Source: Sphingomicrobium sp.
GTDB taxonomy: Bacteria; Pseudomonadota; Alphaproteobacteria; Sphingomonadales; Sphingomonadaceae
NCBI GenBank assembly: GCA_036402035.1
Contig: DASWTR010000031.1
Coordinates: forward strand, 1-62,914
DNA: 62,914 bases
Direction: 5' to 3'
Numbering within the stretch: the first letter of the stretch is position 1; every line of letters begins with the position of its first letter. The translations under genes were made by a program, and so were the position numbers. Below the pieces are notes generated by a model. The model was not told the origin of the DNA and ran no database searches. It saw only the letters and a program-made list of their open reading frames with translations. This document shows positions 18,748 to 28,092 of this stretch, piece after piece.

Positions 18748-18786
18748 GCGGTTCCCTCCCTCAGCCCCTGTATGGGAGGGGACCGC
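18748..18786. terminator. Hairpin just after the grxD stop (terminator or RNA-stability element)
   Basis: GCGGTTCCCTCCC / GGGAGGGGACCGC stem; no clear U-tract. Confidence 0.45.
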
Positions 18787-18792
18787 AGCTAT

Positions 18793-19107
18793 TCAGGCCG
18801 GCGTTCCGACCAGCTGCTGCAACTCGCCGCTTTCGAACATCTCCATCATGATGTCCGATCCGCCGACGAACTCGCCCTTGACGTAGAGCTGGGGAATGGT
18901 CGGCCAGTCGGAATATTCCTTGATGCCGGCGCGGATTTCCTGGTCCTGGAGGACGTCGACCGTTTCGAACGGCACGTTCAGATGGTCGAGGATGGCCACC
19001 GCCCGGCTGGAGAATCCGCACTGCGGGAACAGGGTGGTGCCCTTCATGAACAGCACCACATCGTTTGCCTTGACCAGGGCGTCGATCCGCTCCTTCGCAT
19101 CACTCAT
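18793..19107 (-). CDS. grxD: Monothiol glutaredoxin Grx4
   Basis: [17 protein letters not shown] and GGSD motifs. Confidence 0.97.
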   Translation of the reverse strand: MSDAKERIDALVKANDVVLFMKGTTLFPQCGFSSRAVAILDHLNVPFETVDVLQDQEIRAGIKEYSDWPTIPQLYVKGEFVGGSDIMMEMFESGELQQLVGTPA

Positions 19108-19349
19108 CGATCATCTCCGTCCGGCACTGCCGTCTCGAGTTGCAGTGCGTGAAGCTCGCCGCCCATGCGGGTCCCGAGCGCTTTGTACACAAGTTGGTGC
19201 TGACGCACGCGGTTCAACCCCTCGAATGCCTTCGACACGACCCGCGCCGCATAATGATCGCCGTCGCCGGCCAGGTCGCGGATTTCGACCTGCGCGTCGG
19301 GCAGGGCAGCGCGGATCAGCGCCTCGATATCTTCCGCCGCCATCGGCAT
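19104..19349 (-). CDS. bolA: BolA family protein
   Basis: GDGDHY...RVRQHQLVY...LHALQL pattern; coupled to grxD. Confidence 0.93.
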   Translation of the reverse strand: MPMAAEDIEALIRAALPDAQVEIRDLAGDGDHYAARVVSKAFEGLNRVRQHQLVYKALGTRMGGELHALQLETAVPDGDDR

Positions 19350-19362
19350 GGGATTGATATCC

Positions 19363-19692
19363 TTAGAGGTTGGTCTGCTCGATGATCTGGCGCCGCGCCT
19401 CGATCAGCTTGTGGCCCAGCGTCTCGCGGATCTTGGCGTCATCGGCATCGACTCCCGCCGCGGTGAGATCGCCCAGCACCTTGCGGATCACGTCTTCGTC
19501 GCCGGCTTCCTCGAAGTCGGCCCGGACGACGTCCTTGGCATAGGCCTCGGTCTCGACCTCGGACAGGTTCATCAGCCGAGCGGCCCATTCGCCGAGCAGC
19601 CGGTTACGGCGCGCGATGATTCGAAACTGCATTTCCTCGTCCCGGGCAAACTTCGCCTCGAAGCCGCGTTCCCGGTCGTCAAACTGTGTCAT
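19363..19692 (-). CDS. DUF1476 protein (F1Fo-ATPase zeta-inhibitor family)
   Basis: MTQFDDRERGFEAKFARDEE...ARRNRLLGEWAA pattern. Confidence 0.88.
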   Translation of the reverse strand: MTQFDDRERGFEAKFARDEEMQFRIIARRNRLLGEWAARLMNLSEVETEAYAKDVVRADFEEAGDEDVIRKVLGDLTAAGVDADDAKIRETLGHKLIEARRQIIEQTNL

Positions 19693-19763
19693 GGGCAAAT
19701 CCTGCTGTGATTGCCGGATGAATAGATGCCGTTGGGCGCCTCGTCCAGCGCGGCGGAGACACC

Positions 19764-20411
19764 CTAGCTGGCGCGGCGGATCAGCTCGGAGGGATAAAGA
19801 AGGGCGACGATGTGGGCGACCAACCTGCCCTGTTCGTCGTTCGCATGGCGCGTGAGATCATACACGTCGGGGATCAATCCAGCGTTGCGGTCGGGGAAGA
19901 CCTCGCTGAGGTGATCGCTGTCCGGATGACCGACCAGGACCCGCACCGCGCTGCCTCGCGCTTCCGCCGCCAGTGCGGCGCACAGCCGCTGAAAAGCGTG
20001 TTGCGAGCTTGCATAAGGGAAAATCTCGTCATGGGCATGTTCTTCCGACGGCGGGATATTGAGCAGGATGTTCCGCTTCGTCGCCTTGCGAAGCGCAGGA
20101 AGCAGCGCGCGTGACACACGATACATGCCCAGGGTGCGCTCGTAGCCGCCGCCGGCAGCATTGATGACCATGTTGAGTTCTGGGAAATGCGCAAGGACGT
20201 CCGCGGCGAAGACCGTCACGCTCGCTTCCGAGGCAACGTCGCAATAGCGCGTAGTCGCAGCGAGCTGCTCGCCAAGGTCAGCCAGCGCTTCGCTGTCGAT
20301 GTCGGCCAAAATGAGCTGCGCGCCCCGAGCGGCAAATTCTTCGGCGCATTGCCGGCCGACCCCTCGGCAGGCCCCCATGATCAGCACGCGCGGTTGATCG
20401 CTCGAAGACAT
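19764..20411 (-). CDS. Atypical short-chain dehydrogenase/reductase-like protein
   Basis: GACRGVG Rossmann motif, CDVAS and INAAG are present; the catalytic YxxxK appears as YASSQ. Confidence 0.65.
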   Translation of the reverse strand: MSSSDQPRVLIMGACRGVGRQCAEEFAARGAQLILADIDSEALADLGEQLAATTRYCDVASEASVTVFAADVLAHFPELNMVINAAGGGYERTLGMYRVSRALLPALRKATKRNILLNIPPSEEHAHDEIFPYASSQHAFQRLCAALAAEARGSAVRVLVGHPDSDHLSEVFPDRNAGLIPDVYDLTRHANDEQGRLVAHIVALLYPSELIRRAS

Positions 20412-20481
20412 TCAATCCCCCGTCGCTCTACATAACGGAGCGACTTGCATTTTGTTCAATTTACGGCATTTGTACACTAAA

Positions 20482-20496
20482 GCAACGCATTGTTGC
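20482..20496. promoter_or_regulatory. Palindromic putative TetR operator
   Basis: GCAAC-gcatt-GTTGC between the divergent SDR and TetR genes. Confidence 0.45.
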
Positions 20497-20526
20497 GTTT
20501 ATTCAGACTCTGTCGGGAGTCAATAT

Positions 20527-21138
20527 TTGGCCGAAGCTGCCGACCACCTCGAAGCCACCCGCCGAAAACGTCCGGGCGGGCGCACTGCCGACGTCACCCG
20601 CCGGATCAACCTAGCGATGCTGGAGCTGTTGGCCGAAGGGGGGATCGAGGCCTGCACATTCCAAAACGTGGCGAGCCGCGCGGGCGTCGAGCGCTCCACC
20701 CTTTACCGCCGCAACCCGGACCGCTGGCCCGCCATAATGGACGCGATCATCGAGCTGGCAGAGCGAGAGACGGCGCGGTTCGATTCCGGTTCGTTCCGCG
20801 ACGATCTTGCCGCGACACTGCTCAACCTTGCCAAGGTACTGAACGGTCCGATGGGACCTGCCCTGATCCAGGTCGCCGGCGCGCTTCAATCGGGCGTAGC
20901 GCCGGGCCAGGGCGAGCGGTTCTGGAAGAGCCGCCAGCGCCAGCTGGCACCCATGTTCGAGGCCGCCATCCAACGCGGCGAATTGCCCGCCGACGTCGAC
21001 CGCGACGAGCTGTTTGCAATGACCGCCGGACCAATCTACTTCCGCAAATTCATCGCTTCGCAGCCGCTCAGCGACGCCTGGGTTCGCAAGGCCGTCGACC
21101 AGGTGTGCGACCGGTATGGCGTCCCTAGTCGAGGCTGA
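20527..21138 (+). CDS. TetR/AcrR family regulator
   Basis: HTH CTFQNVASRAGVERSTLYRR; probable TTG start after GGGAG. Confidence 0.88.
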   Translation: MAEAADHLEATRRKRPGGRTADVTRRINLAMLELLAEGGIEACTFQNVASRAGVERSTLYRRNPDRWPAIMDAIIELAERETARFDSGSFRDDLAATLLNLAKVLNGPMGPALIQVAGALQSGVAPGQGERFWKSRQRQLAPMFEAAIQRGELPADVDRDELFAMTAGPIYFRKFIASQPLSDAWVRKAVDQVCDRYGVPSRG

Positions 21139-22123
21139 CGACGAGCTTCCCGATCACCTTACGCGCGGCCATCGCGGCGATTGCCTCGCCGCCGCGCTCC
21201 AGCGGGTAGGTGGCGCTGACATGGGGGCGGATCTTGCCATCGCCCCATAGCCGGAACAGCTCGTCGACATGGGCGGCGTTCGCTTTGGGATCGCGTGCTG
21301 CGAAGGCTCCCCAGAAGACGCCGCAGACGTCGCAGCTTTTGAGCAATGTCAGGTTGAGTGGGAGCTTCGGGATGCCGGCGGGGAAGCCAACCACCAGATA
21401 ACGTCCCTCCCACGCGATGCTGCGCAGCGCCGGTTCGGCATAGTCGCCGCCGACCGGATCGAGAATTACGTCGGCGCCGGCTGGCCCGACGGCATCCTTG
21501 AACTGTTGCGCCAGCGCCTTCTGTTCGTCCTTGTCGAAGGGTCCGCGCGGGTAGATCAGCACCTCGTCGGCCCCGGCGGCTCGAGCGGCCTCCGCCTTGT
21601 CTTCGCTCGAAACGGCGGCCACCACGCGCGCGCCTCTGGCCTTGCCCAGCTCGATCGCAGCGATCCCGATCCCGCCCGCGGCGCCGAGCACCAGCAGGGT
21701 TTCGCCGGCCTTGAGTCGGCCCCGGTCCCACAAAGCGTGGATCACCGTCGCATAGGTGATCAGCAGCGTCGAGCCTTCGACGAACCCATAGGCATCCGGC
21801 AGCGGAAACGCGTGCGCCGCGGGCACCGCGACCTTTTCCGCGAGACCTCCATGGCCATGATAGGCGATCAGCCGATCACCCACTTTCCAATCTCTCACAC
21901 CTTCACCGACCGCCTCGACTACTCCGGCCACCTCGCCGCCCGGCGCGAACGGGCGCGTCGGCTTGAACTGATATTTGTCCTCGATGATCAGCACGTCGGG
22001 ATAGTTGATGGCGCAGGCATGAACTCGAACCAGAAGTTCGCCGGGACCAGGCGTGGGGTCGGGCAGGTCTGCCAACTGGAGCGTTTCCGGACCGCCCGGC
22101 TCGCGGGAGAGGAGCGCCTTCAT
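21125..22123 (-). CDS. NADPH:quinone oxidoreductase (MDR/zeta-crystallin family)
   Basis: INYPD, PFAPGGEVAG, GAAGGIG and GKLVV motifs. Confidence 0.92.
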   Translation of the reverse strand: MKALLSREPGGPETLQLADLPDPTPGPGELLVRVHACAINYPDVLIIEDKYQFKPTRPFAPGGEVAGVVEAVGEGVRDWKVGDRLIAYHGHGGLAEKVAVPAAHAFPLPDAYGFVEGSTLLITYATVIHALWDRGRLKAGETLLVLGAAGGIGIAAIELGKARGARVVAAVSSEDKAEAARAAGADEVLIYPRGPFDKDEQKALAQQFKDAVGPAGADVILDPVGGDYAEPALRSIAWEGRYLVVGFPAGIPKLPLNLTLLKSCDVCGVFWGAFAARDPKANAAHVDELFRLWGDGKIRPHVSATYPLERGGEAIAAMAARKVIGKLVVSLD

Positions 22124-22950
22124 TCCGCCGCCGCCGGAAAAGCGGGGAGCTTGGCGATGTCCGCCGGCTCATGCTGGATAACGACCTTGGCGCGAAGGTT
22201 GGCCGCGATCCGGTCGAACCGGTCGTGGGATGCCAGCGTGTCGGCCCGGTTGGTGTTGAACGACGGGACGCCCCGGTTCTTCACCGCCTCGGTGAAATGA
22301 TATTGGTCGCCTGATAGCAGCACCGGCCCCGACGCGAGCTTGACGAGCAAGGCGCTATGTCCGGGCGTATGGCCCGGCAGCGAGAGCATGACGACCCGTC
22401 CGTCATGGAAGATATCGACGTCTCCGCGCGCCTGAACCGATTTGCCGGCTCCGCCGAGCCAATGGGCGAGATGCTCCTTGGGATCTTTGAGTCCCGGATG
22501 CTGGCTGTTCTTCAGCGCGTCCCAATCGGCGCTGCCGATGACGAGCTTGGCATTGGGAAAATGCCTGGCCTGTCCGGTATGATCAGCGTGGAAATGGCTG
22601 ATGCCGATGATCTCGATCTGGTCGGGGCGAACGTCAACCTGCTTCAGCTGGTCCACCAAGCTGCGTTTCAAGGACATGCTCTGTTCGGCGTCGTCGAATG
22701 GCTTTTCGATCAGCCCGTCGGACAGGCCGGTATCCCACAACATGTACCGGTCGCCGTGGCGGATCAGGTAGCAGCTGCCAACCAATGGCTTCGAGCCTTC
22801 CGGATACTGGAAAGTATCGGAGAACCAGGCTCCATATTTCTTCATGACGAAATCGCCGCAGTCCAGCCGCCACAGCTGGATCTTCGGAACCTGGGCGGCG
22901 GTGGGAGCCGCCAAGGCCAGCGCCAACGCGGCCCAAATCATCTTCTTCAT
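22120..22950 (-). CDS. Secreted N-acyl-homoserine lactonase family MBL protein
   Basis: Signal peptide MKKMIWAALALALAAPTAAQ plus HFHADH, PGHTPGH, LSGD-QYH and IQHE motifs. Confidence 0.8.
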   Translation of the reverse strand: MKKMIWAALALALAAPTAAQVPKIQLWRLDCGDFVMKKYGAWFSDTFQYPEGSKPLVGSCYLIRHGDRYMLWDTGLSDGLIEKPFDDAEQSMSLKRSLVDQLKQVDVRPDQIEIIGISHFHADHTGQARHFPNAKLVIGSADWDALKNSQHPGLKDPKEHLAHWLGGAGKSVQARGDVDIFHDGRVVMLSLPGHTPGHSALLVKLASGPVLLSGDQYHFTEAVKNRGVPSFNTNRADTLASHDRFDRIAANLRAKVVIQHEPADIAKLPAFPAAAE

Positions 22951-22960
22951 GCCTGTCCCC

Positions 22961-23242
22961 TCATTCGATCCCCCGCGCCTCGGCGTCCGCCACCACATCG
23001 AACGCGGTCATGCCATGATAGGCCTCGCGCGCCATCGCCGCGCGATCTTTGTTGGCGAAGCGCATTCCACCGGGGTTGTGCAGGGCCGCGTCGAATATCA
23101 GCCGCTGCTTGATCGGCAGATCGCGCCGGGCCTTTTCCGTCGTCTCGGCAAACAACTCCGGGGTTGAACCATCGATGATGGTCGGCGCCTTGGAGCAGGC
23201 CGTCACAAGGCCCAGTGCAACGATGGCCGGAAGCCACCTCAC
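22961..23242 (-). CDS. Small hypothetical lipoprotein
   Basis: Lipobox LVTAC; the GTG start overlaps the scoB stop. Confidence 0.7.
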   Translation of the reverse strand: MRWLPAIVALGLVTACSKAPTIIDGSTPELFAETTEKARRDLPIKQRLIFDAALHNPGGMRFANKDRAAMAREAYHGMTAFDVVADAEARGIE

Positions 23243-23895
23243 TCGACGTAATGCGCTGTGGTCTTGGATCGCACTTCCTCGGGCGTGACGCCCGGCGCCA
23301 GCTCGATCAGCTTGAACGGAGAGTCATGGTCCGGCCGCTGGAACACCGCCAGGTCGGTGATGATCATATCGACCACATTCTTGCCAGTCAGTGGCAGGGT
23401 GCAGGCCGGGATGAACTTGGGGTCGCCGTTCTTGGAGACATGCTCCATCACGACGATGATCTTCTTGACCCCGGCAACCAGGTCCATCGCCCCGCCCATG
23501 CCCTTGATCATCTTCCCCGGGATCATCCAGTTGGCGATGTCGCCCCCCTCGCTGACCTCCATCGCGCCGAGCACGGTCAGGTCGATATGCCCGCCGCGGA
23601 TCATCGCGAAGCTGTCGGAGGAGCTGAAATAGCTCGAGCTGGGCAGCTCGCTGATCGTCTGCTTGCCGGCATTGATGAGGTCGGCGTCGACCTCGTCCGG
23701 ATAAGGGAACGGCCCGATCCCGAGCATTCCGTTCTCACTCTGCAGCGTGACGGTCATCCCCGCCGGAATATTGTTGGCCACCAGCGTCGGGATGCCGATG
23801 CCGAGGTTGACGTAATAGCCGTCCTTCAGCTCCTTCGCGGCTCGCGCCGCCATCTGGTTGCGGTCCCAGCCCTTGGTTCCGACTTCGGTCGCCAT
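23239..23895 (-). CDS. scoB: Succinyl-CoA:3-oxoacid CoA-transferase subunit B
   Basis: VNLGIGIP, catalytic SENG and GMGGAMDL motifs. Confidence 0.93.
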   Translation of the reverse strand: MATEVGTKGWDRNQMAARAAKELKDGYYVNLGIGIPTLVANNIPAGMTVTLQSENGMLGIGPFPYPDEVDADLINAGKQTISELPSSSYFSSSDSFAMIRGGHIDLTVLGAMEVSEGGDIANWMIPGKMIKGMGGAMDLVAGVKKIIVVMEHVSKNGDPKFIPACTLPLTGKNVVDMIITDLAVFQRPDHDSPFKLIELAPGVTPEEVRSKTTAHYVE

Positions 23896-24227
23896 CAGTT
23901 GATGCTCCCGTCCGGATCGGCGAGCGGCTTCGGTTCGTCGGTCGGATTTTCAAGCTCGGCCTGGAAGCCCTCCATGATCCTCGCCAGGGCATGTTCCTCG
24001 CTGATGTTCACCGCGCGCGAATAGGCGATCGCGCCGTGGCGGATCGCATCGACCATCGCCATGCCGAACAGGAACGGGTCCGCGCCGAGCGCCCGCGGCT
24101 CGATAATGAAGGTCTGCTCGCCCTCCGGCTCCGACCAGAAGCGCGCGAACTCATGGGATCCGTCGAGGAAATCCAGACCCGAAAGGTCGATCTCGCCCTC
24201 GCGGCCGACCTTCTTGCTTCCAAACAT
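23895..24227 (-). CDS. DUF5076-like protein
   Basis: 110-aa ORF with TGATG couplings on both sides; [19 protein letters not shown]...[13 protein letters not shown] pattern. Confidence 0.65.
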   Translation of the reverse strand: MFGSKKVGREGEIDLSGLDFLDGSHEFARFWSEPEGEQTFIIEPRALGADPFLFGMAMVDAIRHGAIAYSRAVNISEEHALARIMEGFQAELENPTDEPKPLADPDGSIN

Positions 24228-24934
24228 CAGGCTGTCTCCCTTTCCCGCGTCGTCATGAACTCGATCTTCTTGTCGTAAGGCGCGCCGAGCACCAGCCGCT
24301 TCACATAGATCGACGGGACATGGATGCAGTCCGGATCGAGGGTTCCGACGGGGACGATCTCCTCGACCTCGGCGACGCAGATCTTTCCGCTGGTCGCCGC
24401 CGGCTGGTTGAAGTTGCGCGCGGTCTTGCGGAACACGAGGTTTCCGCTCTCATCCGCTTTCCATCCCTTGATAATCGAGAGGTCCGCGCGGATGCCCCGC
24501 TCGAGCACATAGGTCTCGCCGTCGAACTCCTTGAGCTCCTTGCCCTCGGCGACGACGGTCCCGACGCCAGTCTTGGTGTAGAAGCCAGGGATGCCCGCCC
24601 CGCCGGCCCGCATCCGCTCGGCCAGCGTTCCCTGCGGACAGAATTCTACCTCCAACTCGCCGGCCAGATATTGCCGCTCGAACTCCTTGTTTTCGCCGAC
24701 ATAGGAGGAGATCATTTTCTTGACCTGCCGAGTGCGCAGCAGCTTGCCGAGCCCCTCGTTGTCGATCCCGGCATTATTCGATGCGATGGTGAGATCCTTG
24801 ACCCCGCTCGCCTGAATCGCCTCGATCAGCCGCTCCGGGATGCCACACAGGCCGAACCCGCCGGCGGCGATGGTCATGCCGTCGAACAGCAGCCCGTCGA
24901 GCGCGGCCTCGGCACTGGGGTAGATCTTCTGCAT
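24227..24934 (-). CDS. scoA: Succinyl-CoA:3-oxoacid CoA-transferase subunit A
   Basis: [23 protein letters not shown] and ARNFN motifs. Confidence 0.93.
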   Translation of the reverse strand: MQKIYPSAEAALDGLLFDGMTIAAGGFGLCGIPERLIEAIQASGVKDLTIASNNAGIDNEGLGKLLRTRQVKKMISSYVGENKEFERQYLAGELEVEFCPQGTLAERMRAGGAGIPGFYTKTGVGTVVAEGKELKEFDGETYVLERGIRADLSIIKGWKADESGNLVFRKTARNFNQPAATSGKICVAEVEEIVPVGTLDPDCIHVPSIYVKRLVLGAPYDKKIEFMTTRERETA

Positions 24935-24988
24935 CCGACTCTCCTTGCCCGTGGCTGTGCCGTCCACCCGTGGCAGGGTCAAGCCGGG

Positions 24989-25462
24989 TCAGTTGGCGCG
25001 GCTGCTGCGAAGGCCGGCGGCGCGAATTCCTGCCTCGGCGCAGGCCGCGTCATCTGTCGGCGCTTCACCCGATGCGCCGACCCCGCCGATCCGTGTCCTG
25101 CCGTCGGCGCTCCATACCGGCACGCCTCCTGGCACCGTGACGACGTGCGGGGCATTGGCGAATCCCGGCGTGCCCTTGGCATTCGTCTCCATCTGGGCGG
25201 TTGAAAATCCCCACCCGGCGACAGCCTTCGCCTTGGCGACTGAGAACTCCATGATGCCCCAGCCATTGCCGTCCATCCGCAAGGCGGCGACAACATGGCC
25301 GCCAGCGTCGACCACGGCGATAGCGTGGCTTTGGTTCTTGGCAGTGGCGTGCGCTGCGCAGCCCGCGACGATGGCCTGGGCGGTTTGGGCGTTCAGGATG
25401 GGCGCCGGTTGTGCTGAAGCTGCGGAACCCAACAAGAGCATCGGGACAAGAAACAGTCGCAT
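24989..25462 (-). CDS. GlcG/HbpS family heme-binding protein, secreted
   Basis: AIAVVDAGG...RMDG...AKAKA...GGVP...IGGVGASG pattern and a signal peptide. Confidence 0.88.
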   Translation of the reverse strand: MRLFLVPMLLLGSAASAQPAPILNAQTAQAIVAGCAAHATAKNQSHAIAVVDAGGHVVAALRMDGNGWGIMEFSVAKAKAVAGWGFSTAQMETNAKGTPGFANAPHVVTVPGGVPVWSADGRTRIGGVGASGEAPTDDAACAEAGIRAAGLRSSRAN

Positions 25463-25472
25463 CGACCACCTC

Positions 25473-25523
25473 CACTATTGCGAGCAATCCGAAGCAATTG
25501 AGGGCGGCTAGTCTTCGCAATGG
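25473..25523. repeat. Degenerate REP-like palindromic element remnant
   Basis: ATTGCGAGC...GAAGCAAT...TTCGCAATG resembles alphaproteobacterial GTCATTGCGAG...CTCGCAATGAC palindromes. Confidence 0.4.
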
Positions 25524-25547
25524 CGGTTCGACCAACCGGCCAGCGCG

Positions 25548-25901
25548 CTAGGCGGAACGCAAACAGTCCAGCGCTTCGTCACGGCGCTCCCACGGAACGA
25601 ACAGATGGTCGTGGTACAGACCGGCGACGATGTTGGCGCTGATCCCGGCCTCGGCGAGGCGCGACGACAGGGCCGCGGTCAGTCCGACCGCTTCCAGGCT
25701 GGAATGAACGCCAAGGCTGATCCGGGCCCAGTCGCCGGAGGCATCGGGCCGGATCGCCGTCAGCCTTTCGTCCTCGCGGACCAGCGCGAATTGGCCGTCG
25801 TGCAGCGTCGGATCGACCGCGACGCTGAAGCTGTAGCGCTCCGGATGAAGCGTCGGATCGAGCGCCGCGAGGAGGCGCGACAGATCGCGCTCCCCGACCA
25901 A
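25548..25901 (-). CDS. ACT domain-containing protein
   Basis: GERDLSRLLAALDP...VHSSLEAVGLTAA...HDHLFV pattern. Confidence 0.85.
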   Translation of the reverse strand: MVGERDLSRLLAALDPTLHPERYSFSVAVDPTLHDGQFALVREDERLTAIRPDASGDWARISLGVHSSLEAVGLTAALSSRLAEAGISANIVAGLYHDHLFVPWERRDEALDCLRSA

Positions 25902-25904
25902 CCG

Positions 25905-26207
25905 CTAACCCCGCAGCTTCGAGAAGATGCCCTGGAGCTGCATCGCGTTGCCCATGTCGCCTTCGACCTTGAGCTTGCCGGTCATGAAGGCGGTCATGCC
26001 GTCGAGCCCGCCCGACGCCAGCTGCTGGAAATCCTCCCAGCTGACCTTGATCGTGGTGTCCGCCGGCTGATCGGCGTCGCTGACCAGCGAATTGGCGCCG
26101 TCCATGAACACCACGCCTTCGTCGCCGCCGAAATCGAGCTTGATCGTCTTGCCCGGGAGCCACGCCCCCGCATCCTGCATCTTCGCCAGCAGATCAGCCT
26201 TGGTCAT
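25905..26207 (-). CDS. SCP2 sterol-binding domain protein
   Basis: ADTTIKVS...DGMTAFMTGKLKVEGDMGNAMQL pattern. Confidence 0.9.
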   Translation of the reverse strand: MTKADLLAKMQDAGAWLPGKTIKLDFGGDEGVVFMDGANSLVSDADQPADTTIKVSWEDFQQLASGGLDGMTAFMTGKLKVEGDMGNAMQLQGIFSKLRG

Positions 26208-26305
26208 GGATCGTCTCCCGTTTGATTTCCGTTTCGACTAGCGACTGGCCAAGGAGCATTCAAGGCAGGGTTGGCGACAGGCCGACACAAGCCTATCTCA
26301 CCGCC

Positions 26306-27733
26306 ATGAGCTACGACACCGACCTCCAGCTATTCATCGACGGCGTGTGGAAGAGCGGCGAAGGCCGCGGCGCCCACACGGTTCTCAACCCTGTCACCGC
26401 CAGCGGCATCGCCGAGGTGCCCTACGCCACCAAGGCAGACCTCGACGAAGCGCTCGCCGCCGCCGACCGCGCCTGGCCGGAATGGCGCTCGACCGAGGTC
26501 GAGAAGCGTGGGGCCATCCTGCACAAGGTCGCCTCGCTGCTGCGCGAACGAGCCGAGCAGATCGGCCGGATCATGACCCAGGAGCAGGGCAAGCCGATCG
26601 CCGAATCCAAGGCGGAAGTCATGGGCTCGGCCCAGCTGTTCGATTGGTATGCGGAGGAGATCAAGCGCGACTATGGCCGCACGCTCGTTCGCCCTGCCGG
26701 CCAGCTATCGCGGGTGATCCGCCAACCGGTCGGTCCGGTCGCGACCTTCACGCCGTGGAACTTCCCCATTTACCTGCTGGCCAAGAAAGTGTCGGCCGCG
26801 CTCGCCGCCGGCTGCACCGTGATTTCGCGTCCGCCCCACGAGACGCCCGGCTGCGCGACCGAGCTGTTCCGTTGTTTGGCCGACGCCGGCATCCCCAAGG
26901 GCGTCGCGCAGCTAGTCCATGGCGATGCCGACCTGATCAGCCGCACGCTGATCGGCAGCCCCGTCATTCGCAAGATCAGCTTCACGGGGTCGACCCCGGT
27001 CGGCAAGCATCTGATGAAGCTCTGCGCCGACAGCATGACGCGCGTCACGATGGAGCTCGGCGGCCATGCGCCGGTGCTGATCTTCGACGACTGCGATCTC
27101 GAAAAGACGCTCGACATGGTCGTCCCGCAGAAGTTCCGGAATGCCGGCCAAGTGTGCGTCTCGCCGACCCGCTTCTACGTCCAGGAATCGATTTACGACG
27201 CCTTCCTGAAGGGCTTCGCCGAGCGCACCGCCAAGGTGAAGGTCGGCAACGGCCTGGACGCCGACACCAAGATGGGCCCGCTAGCCAACAGCCGCCGTCC
27301 TGACGCGGTCGGCGCGCTGATCGACGATGCGGCCGCCAAGGGTGCCCGCGTGCTCGCCGGGGGGTCGAAGGGCGACGGCGGCTTTTTCTTCCAGCCGACC
27401 TTGCTCGCCGACGTCCCCAACGAGGCCAACATTATGAACGAGGAGCCGTTCGGCCCGGTCGCGGTGACTCGCGCATTCTCGACCTTCGACGAGGTGATCG
27501 AGCAAGCCAATCGCCTCCCCTTCGGCCTCGCCGCCTTCGCCTTCACCGAGAACGGCCGCCGCGCCAACCTGATCGGCGACCTGATCGAAAGCGGCATGGT
27601 CGGGATCAATACCTTCGCCATCTCGGTCGCCGACGCGCCGTTCGGTGGGGTCAAGGATTCAGGCTTCGGCTCGGAAGGCGGCAAGGAAGGGCTGGAGCCG
27701 TACCAGGTGGTGAAGGCCGTTCACCAGGCCTAA
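26306..27733 (+). CDS. gabD: NAD(P)-dependent succinate-semialdehyde dehydrogenase family
   Basis: PWNFP, FTGST, ELGG, NAGQVC and EEPFGP motifs. The exact substrate is uncertain. Confidence 0.8.
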   Translation: MSYDTDLQLFIDGVWKSGEGRGAHTVLNPVTASGIAEVPYATKADLDEALAAADRAWPEWRSTEVEKRGAILHKVASLLRERAEQIGRIMTQEQGKPIAESKAEVMGSAQLFDWYAEEIKRDYGRTLVRPAGQLSRVIRQPVGPVATFTPWNFPIYLLAKKVSAALAAGCTVISRPPHETPGCATELFRCLADAGIPKGVAQLVHGDADLISRTLIGSPVIRKISFTGSTPVGKHLMKLCADSMTRVTMELGGHAPVLIFDDCDLEKTLDMVVPQKFRNAGQVCVSPTRFYVQESIYDAFLKGFAERTAKVKVGNGLDADTKMGPLANSRRPDAVGALIDDAAAKGARVLAGGSKGDGGFFFQPTLLADVPNEANIMNEEPFGPVAVTRAFSTFDEVIEQANRLPFGLAAFAFTENGRRANLIGDLIESGMVGINTFAISVADAPFGGVKDSGFGSEGGKEGLEPYQVVKAVHQA

Positions 27734-27739
27734 AAAGGC

Positions 27740-28054
27740 TCAGGGCACCGCCGTGTTGAACTGCATCACCGGCGTGACGCTGGTGAAATTGACGATGTCA
27801 GCCATTAGCGCCTTGACGCCCTCGCTCGCCACTGCATCGCGCGCGCCTTGCTCCTCGCGGAAGCTGAGAATGGTTGTCGCGAAATAGGCTGGCGCCTTGC
27901 CATCGACGGTCTCTGCGCCCCGCAAGACGCTGGCGTAGCCGAGCCCGAAGGGCCCGAAGACCTTGCCAACCTCGGGCAGGTGCTTGGTTCGGAAATAGTC
28001 GAAGTCGAACGTTGCGCCGTCAGCGTTCGGGTAGTGGAGGGTGATGATGTACAT
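27740..28054 (-). CDS. EthD family protein
   Basis: FDFDYFRTKHLP...LMADIVNFTSVTP pattern; ATG at 28054. Confidence 0.82.
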   Translation of the reverse strand: MYIITLHYPNADGATFDFDYFRTKHLPEVGKVFGPFGLGYASVLRGAETVDGKAPAYFATTILSFREEQGARDAVASEGVKALMADIVNFTSVTPVMQFNTAVP

Positions 28055-28092
28055 GGAGCGGCTGACTAGCCACCCGCCCCATGTCCGTCCAG

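Noticed and set aside
18633-18851. 72-aa ORF downstream of the sigma54 promoter
   Set aside because: Its ATG lies at or upstream of the predicted transcription start with no RBS. It also runs through the terminator hairpin into antisense grxD.
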